Below, piece by piece: positions 37,709-49,340 of a stretch of 64,000 bases of DNA. Under the pieces are notes generated by a model, which ran no database searches, was not told the origin of the DNA, and worked only from the letters and a program-made list of their open reading frames with translations. The DNA is taken from contig NIVC01001900.1 of assembly GCA_002269645.1 (NCBI GenBank), forward strand, positions 62,001 through 126,000, written 5' to 3'. This DNA is from Macrostomum lignano. Taxonomy: Eukaryota. Made by a program: the position numbers and the translations under genes. Numbering within the stretch: position 1 is the first letter of the stretch; every line of letters begins with the position of its first letter.

Positions 37709-38830
37709 ATGGAATCAGTCGCCACCGAGAACGTGCCGCCTTCGCAGCCGCCGCAGGCGCAGGACGCCTCCCAGCAGCTGCTGAGCCCGCTGAAGCAGCT
37801 CAACGCCAAGCAGCCGGAGCAGCAGCAGCAGCAGCAGCTGAAGGCAGCGGAGGCCTCGGAGCCGCTGCTGAAGGAGAACCCGCACCGCTTCGTGATTATG
37901 CCCATCCAGTACCACGACATCTGGCAGATGTACAAGAAGGCGGTGGCCAGCTTCTGGACAGTGGAGGAGGTGGACCTCAGCAAGGACCTGGAGGACTGGA
38001 AGCAGCTCACAGACAACGAGAGGCACTTTGTCTCGTACGTGCTGGCCTTCTTCGCTGCCTCTGACGGCATCGTGAACGAGAACCTGGTTGAGCGGTTCGC
38101 CCAGGAGGTGCAGATCCCGGAGGCCAGGTGCTTCTACGGCTTCCAGATCATGATTGAGAACATCCACTCGGAGATGTACTCGCTGCTGATTGACAGCTAC
38201 GTGCGGGACCCGGCCCAGCGCGACCTGCTGTTCAACGCCATCGAGACGCTGCCGCCGGTGCGCCAAAAGGCAGACTGGGCGCTCAACTGGATCTCCCACA
38301 AGCGGGCCACCTTCGGCGAGCGCGTGGTGGCCTTCGCAGCTGTTGAGGGCATCTTCTTCAGCGGCAGCTTCGCCGCCGTCTTCTGGCTGAAGAAGCGCGG
38401 CCTCATGCCAGGCCTGACCTTCAGCAACGAGCTCATCAGTCGCGACGAAGGCCTCCACACCGACTTTGCCTGCCTGATGTTCCGCCACCTTCAGCGGCCG
38501 CCAAGCAGTCAGCGCATCGAGGAGATCATCCGTGACGCGGTGCGCATCGAGCAGAGCTTCCTGACGGAGGCTTTGCCGGTGTCCCTCATCGGCATGAACT
38601 GCGCCTCCATGTGCCGCTACATCGAGTTCGTGGCTGACAGACTGCTCACCGAGCTGAACTGCCCCAAGGCCTTCAACTCTGAGAATCCCTTCGACTTTAT
38701 GGAGAACATCAGCCTGGAGGGCAAGACCAACTTCTTTGAGAAGCGGGTGGGCGAGTACCAGAAGGCTGGAGTCATGAGCCGCGTCATGGGCCAGAATGAC
38801 CGCGAGTTCAAGCTGGATGCCGACTTCTGA
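37709..38830 (+). CDS. RRM2: Ribonucleoside-diphosphate reductase small subunit (class Ia beta), single coding exon, 373 aa
   Basis: [21 protein letters not shown] (Fe ligands and radical Tyr), [17 protein letters not shown] and C-terminal [11 protein letters not shown]...LDADF. The ATG at 37709 is preferred over the repeat-derived upstream start in the track. Confidence 0.97.
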   Translation: MESVATENVPPSQPPQAQDASQQLLSPLKQLNAKQPEQQQQQQLKAAEASEPLLKENPHRFVIMPIQYHDIWQMYKKAVASFWTVEEVDLSKDLEDWKQLTDNERHFVSYVLAFFAASDGIVNENLVERFAQEVQIPEARCFYGFQIMIENIHSEMYSLLIDSYVRDPAQRDLLFNAIETLPPVRQKADWALNWISHKRATFGERVVAFAAVEGIFFSGSFAAVFWLKKRGLMPGLTFSNELISRDEGLHTDFACLMFRHLQRPPSSQRIEEIIRDAVRIEQSFLTEALPVSLIGMNCASMCRYIEFVADRLLTELNCPKAFNSENPFDFMENISLEGKTNFFEKRVGEYQKAGVMSRVMGQNDREFKLDADF

Positions 38831-38876
38831 GGCCTGGGGGGCTCTGGGGGACTCTGGGCATCCAGAGACTGGGCTG

Positions 38877-38882
38877 AATAAA
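38877..38882 (+). promoter_or_regulatory. Candidate polyadenylation signal AATAAA for RRM2
   Basis: Canonical hexamer ~46 nt after the stop codon. Confidence 0.6.
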
Positions 38883-38958
38883 GTCTGCTGCTTTTAGGGC
38901 TGAGCTGACTTCTTCACTGACTCTCACCCTGCTTTACTGACTCTCACTAAGCTTAGTC

Positions 38959-39395
38959 TGACTCTCCATATGTCACTCTCAATCTTTGAGACTCTCACTC
39001 CATATCTCACCCTCAATCTGTGTGACTCTCACTCCATATCTCACTCTCAATCTGTGTGACTCTCACTCCATATCTCACTCTCAATCTGTGTGACTCTCAC
39101 TCCATATCTCACTCTCAATCTGTGTTACTCTCACTCCATATCTCACTCTCAATCTGTGTGACTCTCACTCCATATCTCACTCTCAATCTGTGTGACTCTC
39201 ACTCCATATCTCACTCTCAATCTGTGTTACTCTCACTCCATATCTCACTCTCAATCTGTGTGACTCTCACTCCATATCTCACTCTCAATCTGTGTGACTC
39301 TCACTCCATATCTCACTCTCAATCTGTGTGACTCTCACTCCATATCTCACTCTCAATCTGTGTGACTCTCACTCCATATCTCACTCTCAATCTGT
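38959..39395. repeat. 34-bp minisatellite (TCTCACTCCATATCTCACTCTCAATCTGTGTGAC)n, ~13 copies, upstream of NHL gene 1
   Basis: Direct tandem repeat. Confidence 0.95.
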
Positions 39396-40181
39396 CTCAA
39401 TCAATCTCAGCTGTTTCATTTCATCTCTACTACTCAGGCCAGTTGAGTAGTGCAGTCCCGCATGCTCCTGTTTATCCAAGCAAAAATTAATGCTAATTGC
39501 AATTATGATAATCAATTGACTCTGCACTGCATTTCTAATCAGTTTTATTTTGCACTGTCAACTGTTTGATCCACTGAAGCCGATCTGCAACTCCGGCTAC
39601 CATATGGTGCTAAAATTACTGTTATGTTGCTATGGTAACCGCATTTGTCTGCTTTTCCAATTTACTCTGCTATCTATTTCTGCTTTAAGGGCATTTTTGC
39701 AAAAACATTTTAAACCTAAAATTAAGTTTTTTTTGTACTTTTGTGTTTTGCACTTTACGAATTAATTTAATAATCATAATTAAATCCTTAGTAACAAATA
39801 AACATGAAGTCAGCGCTCGTCTCGCTAATTTTCATCGCAATAATTTCCAGTTATTTATATTTTTACAAAACTTCTCTGACCTGCCTGTCTTCAGTTCCTT
39901 TTCTTTTATTGACTGGGACATTGCAAGGTCAAACCAGGTCTCCACTTTTAGGGGTCTCTGACTCGTGTAGGTTCGTGTAGGTCGCCTGTCAGTCACTGGC
40001 ACTGCAGCACTGGGCTGGGCAGCTCTCTGGATGGAAATCCATAAGCAGTGAGTTTTGGCTTCAACTGAACTACCTCTGTTGTCGCTATCTTCCCCCTCTC
40101 TTCACCCCTCTCTTAATCTTTCTCTCACTGCGTTGAGTTTTAACTTCATCTGCTTTTCCGCTCCTCACAGAGAATCAAACA

Positions 40182-41846
40182 ATGAGCCGCAGAAGCTCCA
40201 GCGACAGCTCCAGTTCGGACGCGCCTCCCGCTACCCCAACTCCTCTCTGCATCATCTGCGACCAAGCTGCAGTCGGTGTGGCTCCGTTCTCCCGCTGCCA
40301 CATGTGCAGTCAACACCTCAGTGTCGATGTGGCCAATCTATTCAAGCTCAAGGAGGAGGTCGAAGAGCTGCTGCGTGCCTACTCACAAGAGTCACAAGAG
40401 TCACAAGAGCGACAAGGCGCAGCACGTGCAGCTGACCGTGCAGCGCTGCTGCGACACCGACAAGACGCTGAGTCGCTGCGTCGTCTCGCTTCCGACACCC
40501 AACAGCAGCTGCAAGAGGTCAATCACAAATTCGATTTGGTACAGCAACACATCGACTCGTTTCGTAGCAGGGTGACGGGCCAGCTCTCAGGTGTGCTTGA
40601 GGCAGTGCGTGTGTGCGAGCGGGACCTCGAGGACGTCTCCAGCTACAAGCAGGAGGTGGCCACGGCGGAGGCTGCAGGCGACATGGCGGAGCTGCTTCGC
40701 CTGGTCCAGTCCATGCACGAATCGCTTGGAGACTTGGAGGCCGACTTTGAGAGGTCAGAGCACCTGCTCAGAGACAAGAGCGACAATGAGGAGGTGCAGG
40801 TGCGGCTTCTGGGCCAGCTCGAGCGGCTGGTCGGCATTTGTGCGGGACGCAGTGAAGAGGGCGACTGGTCGAGAGACGCTGCGGTGACCGCGAGACCGGA
40901 AGTGAGAGACGCTTCTTGGACAGCCGATGGCTCAGTGTTCGATTCGATGGTCTTCAGTCACGAGGTAAAGCTGGATGCCCCTGTTCAATGGCTGGCTGTG
41001 TGCAGCGACACCAGCGGATTCGTTGGTGACCGCTCAGGCCGTGTGGTTCCCGCCGACTCAGCGGAAGACCGCAGAAAACCTCTGCCTCAGCCCTGCATAT
41101 TTGCATCATTTTTAAGCTTCACGAGCAAGAAGGACCACCTACTGGTGCTGTCTTTCGACGGCTCACAGAAGTTGCGGTGCCACTGCGACATCGACTGGAA
41201 GAATGACATCCGTGGCCTTCACTGCGACCGTCAGCTGCTGTTCATTGCTCAGCGTGACGCAGTGACAGTGACGGACCTGAGCGGTCGCAAGGTGCGTCGA
41301 GTCCGCCCAGATATCGAGGGCTTCGGTGACATTGAGGGAATCGGCGGCAACGCAGCCTCCGTGTTTGTGTCCAGTGGAAACAAAATTGCTGCATTCAGCA
41401 AAGCGACTTGGCAGATGGAGACGGTCATCACGCTGTCTCAGCTACCTTATGCTCGACTGGGCAACATGGCGACTCACGACAACTGCATTCTGGTGAGAGA
41501 CTGGGAGCACAATCAGGTGCACAGAGTGCGCATCGACACACAGCAGCTGGTCGCCTCCTTCCAGACTCAGCGTTCCGGCCTCCAACAGTTTGCTGGTCCA
41601 ATTGATGTGGCCGTCGACAGCAGAGGCCGCCTGTTCGTGAGTGAATTCGCTGGTCACTCAGTGCGAGCGTTGGCTGCAGACGACGGGTCGCTGCTGTGGA
41701 GTCTGGGGACTCCGGGCGAGTGCGGCAGCGGAGACGGCAGATTCGACGGGCCATGGGGTCTGGCGGTGGTGACGGGAGGTCCGCGCGAGCAGCTGGTGGT
41801 GGCTGACAATGGCAACAAGAGACTGCAGGTGTTCAGTGCATCCTAA
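40182..41846 (+). CDS. B-box-like / coiled-coil / NHL beta-propeller protein (RING-less TRIM-NHL-like), single coding exon, 554 aa
   Basis: CIICD-x-CHMCSQHL zinc-knuckle, heptad-rich middle region, and C-terminal NHL blades FAGPIDVAVDSRGRLFVSE and FDGPWGLAV...LVVADNGNKRLQVF. Confidence 0.85.
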   Translation: MSRRSSSDSSSSDAPPATPTPLCIICDQAAVGVAPFSRCHMCSQHLSVDVANLFKLKEEVEELLRAYSQESQESQERQGAARAADRAALLRHRQDAESLRRLASDTQQQLQEVNHKFDLVQQHIDSFRSRVTGQLSGVLEAVRVCERDLEDVSSYKQEVATAEAAGDMAELLRLVQSMHESLGDLEADFERSEHLLRDKSDNEEVQVRLLGQLERLVGICAGRSEEGDWSRDAAVTARPEVRDASWTADGSVFDSMVFSHEVKLDAPVQWLAVCSDTSGFVGDRSGRVVPADSAEDRRKPLPQPCIFASFLSFTSKKDHLLVLSFDGSQKLRCHCDIDWKNDIRGLHCDRQLLFIAQRDAVTVTDLSGRKVRRVRPDIEGFGDIEGIGGNAASVFVSSGNKIAAFSKATWQMETVITLSQLPYARLGNMATHDNCILVRDWEHNQVHRVRIDTQQLVASFQTQRSGLQQFAGPIDVAVDSRGRLFVSEFAGHSVRALAADDGSLLWSLGTPGECGSGDGRFDGPWGLAVVTGGPREQLVVADNGNKRLQVFSAS

Positions 41847-41972
41847 TTTTATTCACAGGCCGAATAATAATCGAAGTGTGGGGTCTTTTGAATGATTGAT
41901 TTATTGGAGGCCGGGTTTTCGGACGATTTTTTCTTATGATTGAATTTTAAAGTGTTGACCTTGTTTGCCGGA

Positions 41973-42430
41973 TGTGACACTCACTCCATATCTCACTCTC
42001 AATCTGTGTGACTCTCACTCCATATCTCACTCTCAATCTGTGTGACACTCACTCCATATCTCACTCTCAATCTGTGTGATTCTTACTCCATATCTCACTC
42101 TCAATCTGTGTGACTCTCACTCCATATCTTACTCTCAATCTTTGTGACTGTCACTCCATATCTCACTTTCAATCTGTGTGACTGTCACTCCATTTCTCAC
42201 TCTCAATCTGTGTGACTCTCACTCCATATCTTACTCTCAATCTTTGTGACTGTCACTCCATATCTCACTCTCAATCTGTGTGACTGTCACTCCATTTCTC
42301 ACTCTCAACCTGTGTGATTCTCACTCCATATCTCACTCTCAACCTGTGTGATTCTCACTCCATATCTCACTCTCAATCTGTGTGACACTCACTCCATATC
42401 TCACTCTCAATCTGTCTCACTCTCACCCTC
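41973..42430. repeat. Second copy of the same 34-bp minisatellite, downstream of NHL gene 1
   Basis: Same unit and same terminal junction (TCAATCTGTCTCA) as 38959-39395. Confidence 0.95.
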
Positions 42431-42432
42431 AA

Positions 42433-42493
42433 GATGGCAGATTCAACAGGCCATGGGGTCTGGCGGTGGTGACTGGAGGTCCGCGCGAGCAGC
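42433..42493 (+). pseudogene. 61-bp duplicated fragment of the NHL gene 3' coding end
   Basis: GATGGCAGATTCAACAGGCCATGGGGTCTGGCGGTGGTGACTGGAGGTCCGCGCGAGCAGC matches ~41733-41793. Confidence 0.85.
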
Positions 42494-42915
42494 GAGTTTT
42501 TCATATAAATAATTGAACATGATGTGATGACGCGATGACCTTCTTTGCCAGTATATTCTGAACTGATTCTGAACTGTTGCATTTTCCTCAGTGGGTCACT
42601 GCTGTGTTGTATATGCATGGGCACAGGTGTTTATAGATGGGAAATTTGACTGCAGCGGTAGGCATTCTGATTGTCTGCCTCCAACAGTCTTTGGTTTCCT
42701 TGCTTCTGTTTTGTGGTGGGGTGTGAGGCTTGGTTTATGTTTCTCGCGATCACCCTGGGCGGCTTGTCTCGCACAATTAATAGACGGACGCGAATACAAC
42801 TTTTACTGTGCTGTTTATTCTGAAAAGAAACCTCTTAGGCTGAGCTCTTACTGAAGAATACTTTGAGTGCTGGCTTCTTTCTTGCTTTCGTCTTAAGGGG
42901 GAATGTCAGTGTTTC

Positions 42916-43560
42916 ACGGAGATCTGGGCAGCTAAGTTATGATAGGTATATTAGCACATACGTGTAAGCAAGATGTTGTGGCTGGAGGTCAAGAGTGAGT
43001 CGAACGCGGGTCAGGTTAGGAGAAATTGATTAGAATCAGCCACCTGCGTGACACGCGAACAACGGGCGGCCCTGACCTGACTTTGACCGGCGTCGTTAAG
43101 CCAGCAAATGACGTCACCTGCCTAGCAGCGCTGTGATTGGCTAGAAACAAGTCACGTGACAATGGATTGGGCCAAAAATGCTGATTCAAAACAAAATAGC
43201 GGAGGTTGGGGTCGGTGAAAAGGAGTGTGGTGGTGTAAGCGGTGAGTAATCAGGAAAAGGTCATGGCCGGATCCCAGAGCCGGGACCATGCATAGCGACT
43301 GTGGCATGACATGACAGCAGCTGATTGATTGAATCGCGGGATCAGAAACGAAGTCAGAATTTTTCATTGGTTGGGACACCAAATTTTATTTGTGGGGAGC
43401 TGGATTAGCTACAAATGAATAGTAAATTAGTTAATAAATATGAACATCAATTTTAAATATTTATGATATCCTTTTTCTATTGCAACAATCGTGGCATCTG
43501 GGCCGGGATCGCGAGGGGGCGGGTAAGGAACGCGTGCTTGTCGTAAAGATGACATAAACA
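42916..43560. repeat. Dispersed/segmental repeat block B, copy 1 (paralogues at 52356-53115 and, partially, 56705-57140)
   Basis: Long shared stretches such as GACCGGCGTCGTTAAGCCAGCAAATGACGTCACCTGCCTAGCAGCGCTGTGATTGGCTAGA and GGATCCCAGAGCCGGGACCATGCATAGC. Confidence 0.9.
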
Positions 43561-45279
43561 GTGGGTGAAGAGTTCGCTTTAGCACACTAGAGAGAGAGAA
43601 AGAGAAGAGAGAGAGAGAGATAATTAGGCCTAGTGTCTAAACGCTCGAACTCCCACTTCCAGACTCTAAGCCTGGGAACAAAATCAGTGATAACTTACGG
43701 TTGCGGGCTCCTCTTCTTTGTCGTTTGGTTTTCCGAGCTCGTTCCTTGTTTTCTCTTTTTTTGCGCGCATCTGTAGAGCTCGTCTCCTCGAAGCTTTTTT
43801 CTTCCGAGTAGTCTTCTTGATTTCTTAAATCGGCCGAAATTGAGAGCGTCTCAATTAAATTCGTCGACGTAGCAGTATTCCCCGAGTGCCTCAAACTCAA
43901 TAGACTCAATAAACTCGACTGAACAGTAACGGCCGGCAATAAAAATCGCTCTCGATAATCAAAGTAACGAAGACTTGAACAAAGCTTACCAATTGGTGTT
44001 TATCTCTTCCTCAGAGATATAGCCTCGTTTGGCTGCTCTTGCAAGGCCCAAAATCTTTGGAGGCTGCTCTGAGTCTGAGATTTCAGCTCGGATTTTGCGT
44101 TTCTATTTATACACAGTTTGTCGGCCTTGAGTCGACCTTGAGCTCAAAACCGGTATTTTGATGAGTTCACGAAAGGAATTTTATTATTTGACCGGTGGGG
44201 TTTTTGAATAGAAAGGGTGAGACTTGGGTCACATTCAGGTTAACATTTACCATATTTGGAAGTTCTAAAAATAGATGTCGAGAACCGGTTTTTTCGAACA
44301 ATAGCATAGCCACTCGCTGTTTGCGTGATATTACTGGTATATTACTGGTAAAAATAGAGTATGACGTGTAGCTATTTTTAGTTGTTTTTATTTTTATTTT
44401 ATTTTTAAGTTATTTTTAGCTGCCACCAGCCCGTACGTCCTGGCTCACCACACCGGGACTCTCGAAATCGGGCTTCCGACTAGAAGGGGCTTTGCACTTA
44501 CATGCCAACTAGTGTCTTTTTGCTGTCTATCTCGAAGTCATAGCCGATGATAAGGGACACTGCTTGGACTTGATCGCATTGGCCATGCAGGTACAGAGGG
44601 GACTTGTGCAGGGGATTCTTGCAGTGGCGAGTCTATGGGGTAGCTACATGTACTATTACATTGCTAAATACGAAGATATGTACTTTTGGCCTTCAACGCG
44701 CCAACCAGCCTCTCATAGCGCTGATGATAGACTAACTCGAAAATCAGAGACCGCATGATTCATTACCCGAGCCGCTTGGCGAACCTAGAGTGCACAAAGT
44801 ACATCTCTGGCGCCGATTTTGCACTATTGGCAATTTCGCTATCTGATTTGGTAGATTGATCGACTGAGAACTGCCTTGCCATTGGTCCATGCTGTGACCG
44901 GCGCCTACTAGCTTAGCTATTCATCTGAGCCATCGGCGAACAAAGAAATAAAACCGATAAAAATAACTGTTAGATTTAACCTTCTCCTTAGATCACTTCA
45001 CACTTCAGATTGAATTGGAGTTTCAGACTACTAGCAGTATTATTGAATGACTTCTGCCTCAGCAACAGCACTACTGAACAAAATGAGCAAAAGTGTGCGC
45101 CTAATCCAGCTACTGAAACAGGGGACAGATAGGGAAGCACCCAATCAAGCAAGTCTAGGTAGCCTCTCACCCAACCAATCAGAAACTCAACAGCCGGAGA
45201 CCAGGTAATCCACAGTGACCGAATCGGCTTGATGCTTCGCAGCTGTAGACTCGGGATGATGCTGACACAATCTTCACTG

Positions 45280-45664
45280 TGTCAGGTGATGATCTTAACT
45301 TTGATGTTCGCTGCTGATGACCGGGGGATTCGTCCTTGATGATGATGGGGCGGGGGAAGTCGCAATCCGGGGGTCAAGAAACGACGGTCAGTTCCTGGCT
45401 GGTGGAGCCAAGGGTGGCACCCGGTCGCAAGAAGGTTTGCAGGGGTAGCACCCGGAAAGGTTCCGTCCGAGCGGGCCAAAAACACCGGTTTAAATAGCCG
45501 CCAACTGGACCGCAGTTTGTTATAATGGGACACGTCGATTCTGATTGGCTGAGCCGATTTGTTAAAATGAGCGTCGAATTTTCTGATTGGCTAAGCTTGT
45601 TGCTACCCAGAATCACGTGACCGGGAGATCCTATCAGTTCCCTCGGGGTCGTAAAAACATGACA
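45280..45664 (-). mobile_element. Possible solo LTR
   Basis: TGTCA...TGACA termini. The minus strand has two CCAAT boxes, CACGTG and a TATTTAAA TATA-like box in promoter order. No target-site duplication found. Confidence 0.3.
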
Positions 45665-45891
45665 GGTGCGGCCATAAATCAATCAAAATCGCAACAAAAT
45701 GATTTATGACTTTTCGCGTAGAATTGACAGAAATTAATGAAAAAATATACATTAGAAAACTCTTATTAAATAGAAAGTGAAAATAATGAAGAGAAATCGC
45801 TTATCGCTAATCCCAAAGTACTTTTAGGGGTAAAAAGCATAGCTGTCAAAGCTGTCACACGCTTGAGTGAACACGAACAATAGGCTCCGAT

Positions 45892-48800
45892 CACAGACCA
45901 AGAAGTAAGACTAGACTGCGCATGGAGAGTAAAAAAGTGTGCCTCTTTCCCAGTTATAAAAATGGCACCCAGCCAACCCCCCACCGCGGTCGATAGTGGG
46001 TAAAGAATTTCCCTTCCTAAACCACTCCCACTCGTCTGCTTTTCGGTTCCTACAGGGCACAACAACAACAAAAAATATTATCATAGCTTTTTAGACTCGT
46101 TTATAAATATTTTTTAAGAGATTCTTTCTAAAGACTTTTAATTTAATTAAAGCTTGCCTGTATAAAAACTTGCAGAATCAAAATAATGAGTTCAACTTAC
46201 CAGGTATCCACTAGAATAGGCTAAACTACAGATTAAGAAATACCGCTGTTCGTAGAAGCTTTTGTCTCTTTCCTGATTTTCTTTTGGGACATGAAAGGTC
46301 TTTCGCCACCTTCATTCGAACCCGCATGTAGAGCAGCGCCATGATGCGAATCAAATGAAGCTTGTGGGATTCAATGCCAATGCTGGCAGCCGCAGAATGC
46401 AAGTCAAGTTCGGGAAATGCATCAACTGACATGCGCAACGTCTCCTGGACAGCCACATCGCTAGAAAATCCGCTGTTATAGTTTGAACGTCGAATGATTG
46501 TTTCGGCATGAAGCTAAACTTGCAAGAGATTGCTGCTTGGAAAAATCAACCCCCAGTCCCTTCTTTATTCAGCACATTTTTCATGGTGACAAGAGAGCAG
46601 GGCAACCGTGCAGCCGCTGACATTTCAGTGCTGGAAATGAGTGCTGATCTGCACGGCGCGCATTCAATTGATTTAAGCATACTACGGACCCTGCGCCTGC
46701 AATGTTATACACAATCGACTGGCATACTTCGCATTTTGATGCATTCACACAATGTTGAATGGAATTAAGGCTTAAACCCAAACTGTTCTGAGCACTTATC
46801 TGCTTCCATTGAGGTTTTCCTGCCTCTGTTGATTGTGACGAAGGCAGACAAGATAATGACAACTGAATAGTGGCATCCTGTTGCTTAACATTGGGACTAG
46901 TCGATTGGAGAATTCCACCTCCAGCGTGCACTAGTAACTGTCTAAAGGCTGAGCGAAACTGTCTCGGAGTCGGATCGTGATTCCAGCCGTTTCGAAGTCT
47001 GATGGCATTAAAAAATAACTCAAGAAAATCCTGCGACAACTTGTAAGTCAAAGAAAGAAAAAACCACAACTTGAAAACAAATACTTGGCAAGGGCCATAA
47101 CAGCCTCACAATTCACCATGAAGCCGAGAAAGCCTGTTTTCTTTGCAGTTTCAACAATTTTGCGTCCAGACAGATTTTCAAGACTTCCGAGAAGCTTAAT
47201 CGAGTTAGTAAAGAAGTCAATAAAGTCCGACTGGTTGTCAGCCCTTAGAGCCATTTTGGCCCCGTAATTTACTAGTCGCTTGGAGTTAAGGGCGTCGAAC
47301 AAGTCATTCATGTGCTCAATAAAGTCTGCCGTCACAACTCACAAGTACATCATGGTGCTCGAATCCAGCCAAAGCTTGCTGATGTACCCACCGCAGGGAG
47401 TCAGCAACTGACTTACTAAAAAGCTGGGATGCCAAATAGACCTTCATCTTTAAATTGGCAAAGTTGATGTGATGCCTGCTTAGTTTATTTCCCAGTTTGA
47501 GCCCGTGACTCTCCTGAACTTGCTGCAATAGTGAAACATATTTCCAATCAATATTCCCCCTATTCGGCCAAACTATCGTGCCCATTGATTGCCACTGATT
47601 GCGAATCAGCTTCAACATATGAGGCGGATCGAGGAAGGCAGAAACCTGAATGCTTGGGTCACAAGGATGAGGGAACGTGGCGACAATTGAGTCCGGAGAA
47701 CTAATTTTAGCCCCAAGAAGTTCAATAGCTCGAATGTTGTGCTGCGTTCCATCGCATGTGAACGATGTGGCGACAACGCCAACCTGATAAAGCCTCTGAA
47801 TTGATTCTTCTACAACACTAGACAAAAATTCACCATCCACACCATTTACTAGAAAATAACCCAATGGCAACTTCCAATAGTTCTTCAGACCCACAGCCAT
47901 CACTACCAATGCCGACGTCGCCTCCAGATCACTTGCCTTGCCATCTCCTTTGTCAACATAGCCGAAGAACATGCCTTCATTCGAATTCCATTCAATCATT
48001 GATTCCAATGACATCTCATCGGCCACTACATTGCAGTAGTCAAAGGCAGTGCCATCGTCGGAGCTGCGTCGATGAGAAAGTTCTTGGAAAACCTGATCAC
48101 AAAATCCAGGAAAGCATTTAGCGTTTCAAATCCATCTACGAAGAGACGCAGGGTGCGGAAGCTGAAAATACTTTCTGACATATTCATAGGCTTTGGGGCT
48201 GTAGAAGCGCAAGGTGGACGCAAATTTTTGCACTTCAGTAGGAAACTTTCTTGTCCGCTTATTGCTTTGAGGCAAAATGCTGCTAATCAAAGAATTCGAG
48301 GTCAAAAAATTCAGGCGCGACGCAGCCGCTTCATTCAGAATGCTCTTTTTCCTCAACTCTCCGATTGCCTCCTTCAGGGTTCTCGCTCTTCGCTTAATTT
48401 GCCTATGCTTTGAGCGCAATGATCAAATTTTGTGGTACTTGTTTCGAAGAGAATGCTGTAAGATTTCAATAGCTTTCGCACCCTTCTTGGACTTGGCATG
48501 AGCCGCTAGAAACCTGCGCCTCAGATTTTTCAAAGCTCTTACCTTCGTATTGAAATCTTCCCTGCTTACACAGTTGGCATGAAGGTCTGGCTGAGGAAGA
48601 TCGTCATTGATAGTAATGGCTTCCAAATCAGATTTCGTCTCGCTGCCTACTTGAGGCGCCTGAAATATTTTAAAATCAACTTCTCGAGTGGCCACGGCTG
48701 CTGTGATTGTCTGTCTCTTCTTCTCAGCTGGCTGCAGATGTTCCGGAAACGCAGGAAAGATTGAAGGAACAGCGTGCGGATACAGTCTTCTTCTGGCGTT

Positions 48801-49340
48801 GGGCAAGAAGCCTTCAAACTGCTCCTTGAAACAAGACTCAGAAAAGTGCTCTGAGCAGACTTTTGAACTTTTTGACGGTTTGAAGTCTTTTCGCCTCAGT
48901 GCTGCGACCCACTTCTTCTTCGTCTCATCGTCCTTGGGAAAGGAATGGAAGGAGACTCCGGAAGTTGAAGCTGCGCTATTCGTGCAACCAAAAGCACTGC
49001 AATAGCTGCCACATTTTCGAGTCTTCGACGGCTTGGAGGAATTAACTTCTTCCATCGCTTGATTGCTGGAATTAAATCGGTTTGATTCTAGTAGATAGAT
49101 AAATTTTGTGTTGTTTTAGCACCGAGAGAATGGCCTATTTGAACGCTTATAAAAGGTGGGTTAGAAACCATAAGGACCAGTAAAATGCTCTGTACCCACT
49201 ATCCTGTTCCCCCTCACATTCACATACTATCGATTTTTTTTGGCGGGAGCAAGGAACCATTTTTTTCACAGCGTTTTTGTCAAAAAACATGCCAAGGCAG
49301 GGAATGGGGCTTGCGCAGTCTAAATACTTATTGGTCTGTG
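45892..49340 (-). mobile_element. Full-length, decayed P-superfamily (THAP9-like) DNA transposon, 3449 bp
   Basis: Imperfect ~30-bp TIRs: CACAGACCAAGAAGTAAGACTAGACTGCGCA vs rc CACAGACCAATAAGTATTTAGACTGCGCA (CANRG start). TSD GCTCCGAT / GCTCCGAC. Internal THAP plus P-transposase reading frame. Confidence 0.93.
46226..49055 (-). pseudogene. THAP-domain P-element transposase pseudogene
   Basis: THAP C2CH (CSAFGC..W..VCSEHF..AVPSIF), ADEMSL, FLDPPHMLKLIRN, KMKVYLASQLFS and TYKLSQDFLELFFNAIR. In-frame TGAs at 48423-48425 and 48126-48128; frameshifts near 47340, 47055, 46690 and 46545. Confidence 0.92.

Noticed and set aside
37715-38488. 257-aa antisense ORF over RRM2
   Set aside because: Shadow ORF expected from high GC3 codon usage.
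37709-38830. RRM2 as a viral, horizontally acquired or retroposed gene (intronless, high GC3)
   Set aside because: It has a metazoan-type N-terminal extension and DADF end, with no poly(A) remnant or TSD. The neighbouring NHL genes are also single-exon and GC-rich.
48126-48425. Two in-frame TGA codons in the P transposase as selenocysteine or readthrough
   Set aside because: The same frame also has several frameshifts and a TAG further on; ordinary decay explains it.
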